Part shown: positions 17,433-21,498 of the stretch, piece by piece
How the letters are laid out: every line of letters starts with the position of its first letter
Numbering within the stretch: position 1 is the stretch's first letter
Assembly (NCBI GenBank): GCA_965649205.1
Contig: CBFGJV010000028.1
Coordinates: 1-21,498, forward strand
Reading direction: 5' to 3'
Source: a candidate division WOR-3 bacterium
GTDB lineage: Bacteria > Hydrothermota > Tepidihabitantia > Tepidihabitantales > Tepidihabitantaceae
DNA: 21,498 nt
Position numbers and translations under genes: made by a program
Notes under the pieces: model-generated
What the model saw: the letters and a program-made list of their open reading frames with translations, nothing else
Databases searched by the model: none
Told to the model about the DNA's origin: nothing

Positions 17433-17954
17433 ATGGGAAAACGTCTTTTTATCTGGACTGCTATAGTCTCGCTGTTTCTAGACCAAGTTTCCAAGATATT
17501 GGTTTACGGAGCCATCATGCCACACACCTCGGTGAAGGTTCTGGGCAATGTGCTTCGTTTCAGTCTTACCATGAACGAACACGGTCTCTTTGGTATACGC
17601 TATGGACCGCCATTTGTGTATGTCATCCTGCCATTTTTGGGTATTGCCCTGGTTGTTTACTTTGCTGTGAAATGTCGCGACAGATGGCTGCATGTCAGCT
17701 ATGGCCTGATACTGGGGGGAGCCGTTGGAAACCTGATAGACAGGCTAAGGCTAGGGGGGCGGGTGATTGATTTCATCGACTTTGGGTTAGGTAGTTGGCG
17801 CTGGTACACTTTTAATCTGGCCGATGCCTGGGTTGTAATAGGGGTCATAATCCTGCTGGGCAGGGAGGTGCTTTTTCCGGTTCGACCAGTTGTGCAGAAA
17901 TCCCAGGGTGGTGTTACGGAAGTGGGACCGCACATCTCAAATCCTAAAGTTTGA
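17433..17954 (+). CDS. lspA: Lipoprotein signal peptidase II
   Basis: LDQVSK, N.HG, GGAVGNLIDR, VIDFID, FNLAD (both catalytic Asp motifs). Confidence 0.96.
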   Translation: MGKRLFIWTAIVSLFLDQVSKILVYGAIMPHTSVKVLGNVLRFSLTMNEHGLFGIRYGPPFVYVILPFLGIALVVYFAVKCRDRWLHVSYGLILGGAVGNLIDRLRLGGRVIDFIDFGLGSWRWYTFNLADAWVVIGVIILLGREVLFPVRPVVQKSQGGVTEVGPHISNPKV

Positions 17955-17966
17955 GTCTTACCGTCC

Positions 17967-19130
17967 ATGCGTCGGGTTTATCTGGATAATAATTCGACCA
18001 CGGCCATAGACCAGCGCGTGGCGAAGGCAATGGAGCCGTACCTTTATACAGTGTACGGCAACCCGTCCAATATTCATAGTTTTGGTAGAGAATGTGCTGA
18101 GGGACTGATGCAGGCAAGAGAGCAGGTGGCGGCGTTTTTGGGGGCTGAGTCAGACGAGGTATTCTTCACCGGCAGTGGAACCGAATCTGACAACTGGGCC
18201 GTAAAGGGAGTGGCGTTTGCGCTGCAGGACAAGGGGCGACATATTGTCACCAGTCCCATAGAGCACAGCGCGATTCTGGGTAGTTGTGCTTTTTTAGAAG
18301 GTATGGGATACAGGATAACGAAGGTGGCTGTGGACCGTTACGGAATGGTGGATCCAGAAGACGTACGCAGAGCCTTGAGGCCAGATACGATACTTGTGAC
18401 AATAATGCTGGCTAATAACGAAATTGGCACTATCCAGCCGGTGAAGGAGATAGCCGCTATCTGCCGCGAGGCAGGCGTCACCAGCCATACCGATGCGGTC
18501 GCAGCTGCGGGTAAGATAGAAGTGAATGTGAAAGAGCTTGGTGTTGATCTGCTCACTATTTCGGGTCACAAATTGCACGCGCCTAAGGGGGTGGGCGTAT
18601 TGTATGTGCGCGAGGGGACGAAAATAGCGCCGCTCATTCACGGTGGGCACCAAGAAAAGGGGCTCAGAGCCGGTACAGAAAACGTTTTGGGGATTGTGGG
18701 GATGGGTAAAGCGTGCGAGCTTCTGGCGCAGGAATGGCGCGGAGATGCTGCAAAGATGCGAGTGCTGCGGGACAAACTGGAGCGGGCCATACTTGACCGA
18801 GTACCAGAGGTAATCGTGAACGGACATCCGGAAAAACGGGTACCTAATGTATGCCACGTGAACGTGGGCTATGTGGAGGGCGAGGCTCTTATCTTGAGCC
18901 TTGATTTAGAAGGCGTGGCTGTGGCTTCCGGGTCGGCCTGTTCTGCTGGCGGGTCAGGAGTGTCTGCGACAGTAGAGGCTATTGGTCTGCCGCCTTTGTT
19001 CAAGAATGCGCCGGTGCGGTTCTCTCTGGGCCGGGATACCACCGAAGAAGATATAGACTATACGGTGGAAGCCTTCGTGCGAGTGGTGGAGCGTATGCGC
19101 TCCATCTCGCCTATCTGGAAAAAGCACTAG
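17967..19130 (+). CDS. iscS: Group I cysteine desulfurase (IscS/NifS family)
   Basis: VYLDNNSTT, GNPSNIH, FTGSGTESDN, EH.A, NNEIGTIQP, SGHKLHAPKG (PLP Lys), RAGTEN, SGSAC (catalytic Cys). Confidence 0.93.
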   Translation: MRRVYLDNNSTTAIDQRVAKAMEPYLYTVYGNPSNIHSFGRECAEGLMQAREQVAAFLGAESDEVFFTGSGTESDNWAVKGVAFALQDKGRHIVTSPIEHSAILGSCAFLEGMGYRITKVAVDRYGMVDPEDVRRALRPDTILVTIMLANNEIGTIQPVKEIAAICREAGVTSHTDAVAAAGKIEVNVKELGVDLLTISGHKLHAPKGVGVLYVREGTKIAPLIHGGHQEKGLRAGTENVLGIVGMGKACELLAQEWRGDAAKMRVLRDKLERAILDRVPEVIVNGHPEKRVPNVCHVNVGYVEGEALILSLDLEGVAVASGSACSAGGSGVSATVEAIGLPPLFKNAPVRFSLGRDTTEEDIDYTVEAFVRVVERMRSISPIWKKH

Positions 19131-19269
19131 GCAGTCCGTAGCCCTGAGAGAAATTTGTTGCTTACACGTCATAAGAATCCAAAAGTTCTCCAGAACCGGG
19201 TGAAGGCGTTCACTTCGGACGGCCGTGTTCAATCTTTCCGGCGGCTCAGGCCTCACGCTGATCGGGCGG

Positions 19270-20484
19270 CTAACGTGATTGCTGTACTAACAGTTTGTGC
19301 GTGATGCGGGAAGAGCCGTTTTCCAGTCGCACCAGGTAGACACCACTGGACAGTTTGCGCAGGTCAACGGAAGCGTCCGATGCGTTTCTGAAAGCTCGGC
19401 GCAAGACGCACTGGCCTGTGGCGTCATATACCTGCACTAAGGTTGAAGGCGCCGGGTTGAATGCCAGGTGGAGCATACCGTTATGCACCGGGTTCGGATA
19501 CAGGTGCAAACCATATGCGTTTACCTCTTCAGGCTGGTTGGCAATTCCTCCTGCGGATACGGTGAAAGCGTGACGGAGACAATTGTTGGTTGGACGACAA
19601 TCCAGCGGATGGCGTGTGCTGCACACTGCGGTAAAAGTGCCACCAGGAGGAAAAGACAACGACACGGGCCGGAAGTAGACTACCTTTCCGACTTCACCCG
19701 AGTCCAGGACTACTGTCGCGGAATCAGACCAGACGACGGCTCCTGACGCGTTTAGTATTCTGAAATCCACTAGAAAGCCGGGCATTTCTTGAAGATTGGA
19801 GGCGAAGTTGGTGACAAGGCCAGAGGGCGTGATGGTATCCCCGTATTCATACCTGGCGCTGTCTGGCGGCGTATTAATGCCAGTTATGCCTACGTCATGA
19901 TAGTTCACCAACGCTCGTATCATCAAATCGCCGTTGCGTCCAATGGGTTCCCAGGTACCTGCGGTCCACTTGAACATCCGGTCCGGATGCTGGCCGCCGT
20001 CGTTGTCCTCGCCTACGCAGAACTCGGCTGTGTCCTGCTGCCAGACTCCCATGTAGAAATCGCCCTCGGTTATTACCGGCAGGGGGTTCAGATAGGCGGT
20101 GTAGGCGGGTGTTGGTCCCAATGGTCGCCGCTTGGGAAGATCAGGCAGTCGCTGGCTGTGTATCAATTCCTTTTCGTGATTGTAAACTCGAAGTTCAATA
20201 GTGTTATTGTAGCGGTAATAGGCAAGAAAACCGTAGGCTCTGACAATTTCACAAGGATACGCCTGAGGTGTGTAGCGGATGAGAAAGGCACGATCAAACA
20301 CATTAGAGTAAAGCCAAATTGCCTGACGTCCTCCGTCATAGATTATCCATTCTTGTCCAGGGAATGCATTTTGTTTCACTGGTTCCAACTCTTGCGTGCC
20401 GGGCAGAAATTCAATGTCCTGCGCCCAGGCGGTAGAAGTTGGTACGAGCCTCAGGATGAGCACCGCGACTATTACTGGCAGCAT
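19270..20484 (-). CDS. Secreted protein with T9SS type-A (Por secretion tail-like) C-terminal domain
   Basis: AAGGAGG SD; signal peptide ending TAWA; Ig/CARDB-like middle (HDVGITGI..P); C-terminus YPNP...VYDATG...LSSGVYLVRL...KLLV. Confidence 0.88.
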   Translation of the reverse strand: MLPVIVAVLILRLVPTSTAWAQDIEFLPGTQELEPVKQNAFPGQEWIIYDGGRQAIWLYSNVFDRAFLIRYTPQAYPCEIVRAYGFLAYYRYNNTIELRVYNHEKELIHSQRLPDLPKRRPLGPTPAYTAYLNPLPVITEGDFYMGVWQQDTAEFCVGEDNDGGQHPDRMFKWTAGTWEPIGRNGDLMIRALVNYHDVGITGINTPPDSARYEYGDTITPSGLVTNFASNLQEMPGFLVDFRILNASGAVVWSDSATVVLDSGEVGKVVYFRPVSLSFPPGGTFTAVCSTRHPLDCRPTNNCLRHAFTVSAGGIANQPEEVNAYGLHLYPNPVHNGMLHLAFNPAPSTLVQVYDATGQCVLRRAFRNASDASVDLRKLSSGVYLVRLENGSSRITHKLLVQQSR

Positions 20485-20582
20485 CGCAGCCTCCTTCTAA
20501 TTGCTTTGCCTATACATAACCTGATGAGGCTTTCAATAATTCCCTGCTCCCTAGAAGTGCTGAGAAGATCTCCTTTGGTTAT

Positions 20583-20610
20583 CTTGTAGCACAGGAAAAT
20601 ACTATGTCAA
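20583..20610 (-). promoter_or_regulatory. Possible promoter for the T9SS-tail gene
   Basis: Minus strand TTGACA (20610-20605), 16 bp, TACAAG preceded by TG; the -10 is imperfect. Confidence 0.4.
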
Positions 20611-20959
20611 GTGGAGAGTCAAGCGTTATCGTTGATCACGAGCACATCCTAGGCTAGCCATTATAGACAAGACTTTCAGGGATCGCCTCCGGGCTAGCCC
20701 CCAGTCTCGCGCTATTTACCGCGTCTGTTTCTATAATAGTTTCATCTATCTTATTGTGCCCTTGGCGGATAGCTTCTTCTGCGGTTATTGCGATTACTTC
20801 TCTTCCGTTGTTCCTACCATTTGTGGTGTTTTTCTGGCTTTCAGTCGAATCTGCTTACGCCAGTCCGAGAGTAATTTCTTCTGCGATAGGATCGCTATAG
20901 TTACGTCCTAATCTTAGGCCTTTAATTTACCGAACAAGAAAAGCAAGGATACAACATTC

Positions 20960-20987
20960 TTGACAGTTAGGGTTGTTTTTATAAGCT
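20960..20987 (+). promoter_or_regulatory. sigma70-type promoter for the VWA gene
   Basis: TTGACA 20960-20965, 16 bp, TAAGCT 20982-20987; ATG at 21000. Confidence 0.55.
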
Positions 20988-20999
20988 GACCTAACGACT

Positions 21000-21498
21000 A
21001 TGAGGGTGGCTAGAGCCTTGTTATTGACTGCTGTTCTGGTTGGTTGTGCGGAACGCGCAGCGGTAGTAACTACCTCGCTTGAACTTGCACAGAAGCCTAT
21101 AGATCTGATTCTGCTGCTCGACCAGTCGAGCAGTATGAAGCTGACCGACCCTGACAACAACCGCATCGCCGCGTCACACTTCCTTATCAACGAATTTGCC
21201 GCTGAGTGGACTAAGGACCAGCCGCACCGGGTCGGGCTGGTGAACTTCGGCGACCTTGTGCCACCAGACCCGGCAGACGCTGCAGTGGCGCCGGTTTCGC
21301 TCGACACCGCAAAGGTCAAGGAATGAGAGGCCCTGCTTGCCTCCATCAAACCGCTTGACTTGCGCTATACCAGCTTTATCGGCGCATTCCGCACTGCGCG
21401 TCGTCTGCTAGACGAAACACGCGATACCCTGGAGCGGCAAGCGGTTATTGTGTTGCTTACCGACGGCGAGCCGGATGATTTGCGTAAGCTCAGCCGGG
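21000..21498 (+). pseudogene. VWA-domain lipoprotein interrupted by an in-frame TGA (21324-21326); runs off the window end
   Basis: Lipobox LVG-C; MIDAS DQSSSM; after the TGA the same frame continues EALLASIKPLDLRYTSF...AVIVLLTDGEPDD, completing the VWA motifs. Confidence 0.75.

Noticed and set aside
137..19256. Many antisense and alternate-frame ORFs over the + strand genes (e.g. 4107-4802, 379-936, 18294-18857)
   Set aside because: They shadow well-supported genes and show no recognisable motifs
19131..19269. Convergent intergenic region as an ncRNA or bidirectional terminator
   Set aside because: Only a 5-bp stem (GTGAA/TTCAC), no U-tract and no recognisable RNA family
19789..20589. 266-aa + strand ORF
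   Set aside because: Antisense to the T9SS-tail gene, which has an SD, signal peptide and a clear domain
20927..21349. 140-aa - strand ORF
   Set aside because: Antisense shadow of the VWA lipoprotein gene; Ser/Ala-rich with no motif

Overview
Positions 303-15250 are a bacterial division and cell wall (dcw) operon on the + strand: mraZ-rsmH-ftsL-ftsI-murE-mraY-murD-ftsW-murG-murC-murB-ftsA-ftsZ. It has a sigma70-type promoter and MraZ-box repeats upstream. The usual members murF, ddl and ftsQ are missing from their slots. Downstream are two putative lipoproteins, a membrane protein, lspA and a group I cysteine desulfurase. A convergent secreted protein with a T9SS type-A C-terminal sorting tail follows, then a VWA-domain lipoprotein gene interrupted by an in-frame TGA. 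Gene content suggests a deep-branching diderm near the FCB group (candidate division WOR-3 is an unverified guess). No CRISPR array, RNA gene or mobile element was seen, and I cannot support a complete new system. The best leads are: an overlapping two-small-ORF relay between ftsL and ftsI; substitutions in highly conserved motifs of MurD, FtsW and FtsA; four TTGACA promoters that can all be read with 16-bp spacers; a probably leaderless lspA; and the TGA-interrupted VWA gene.
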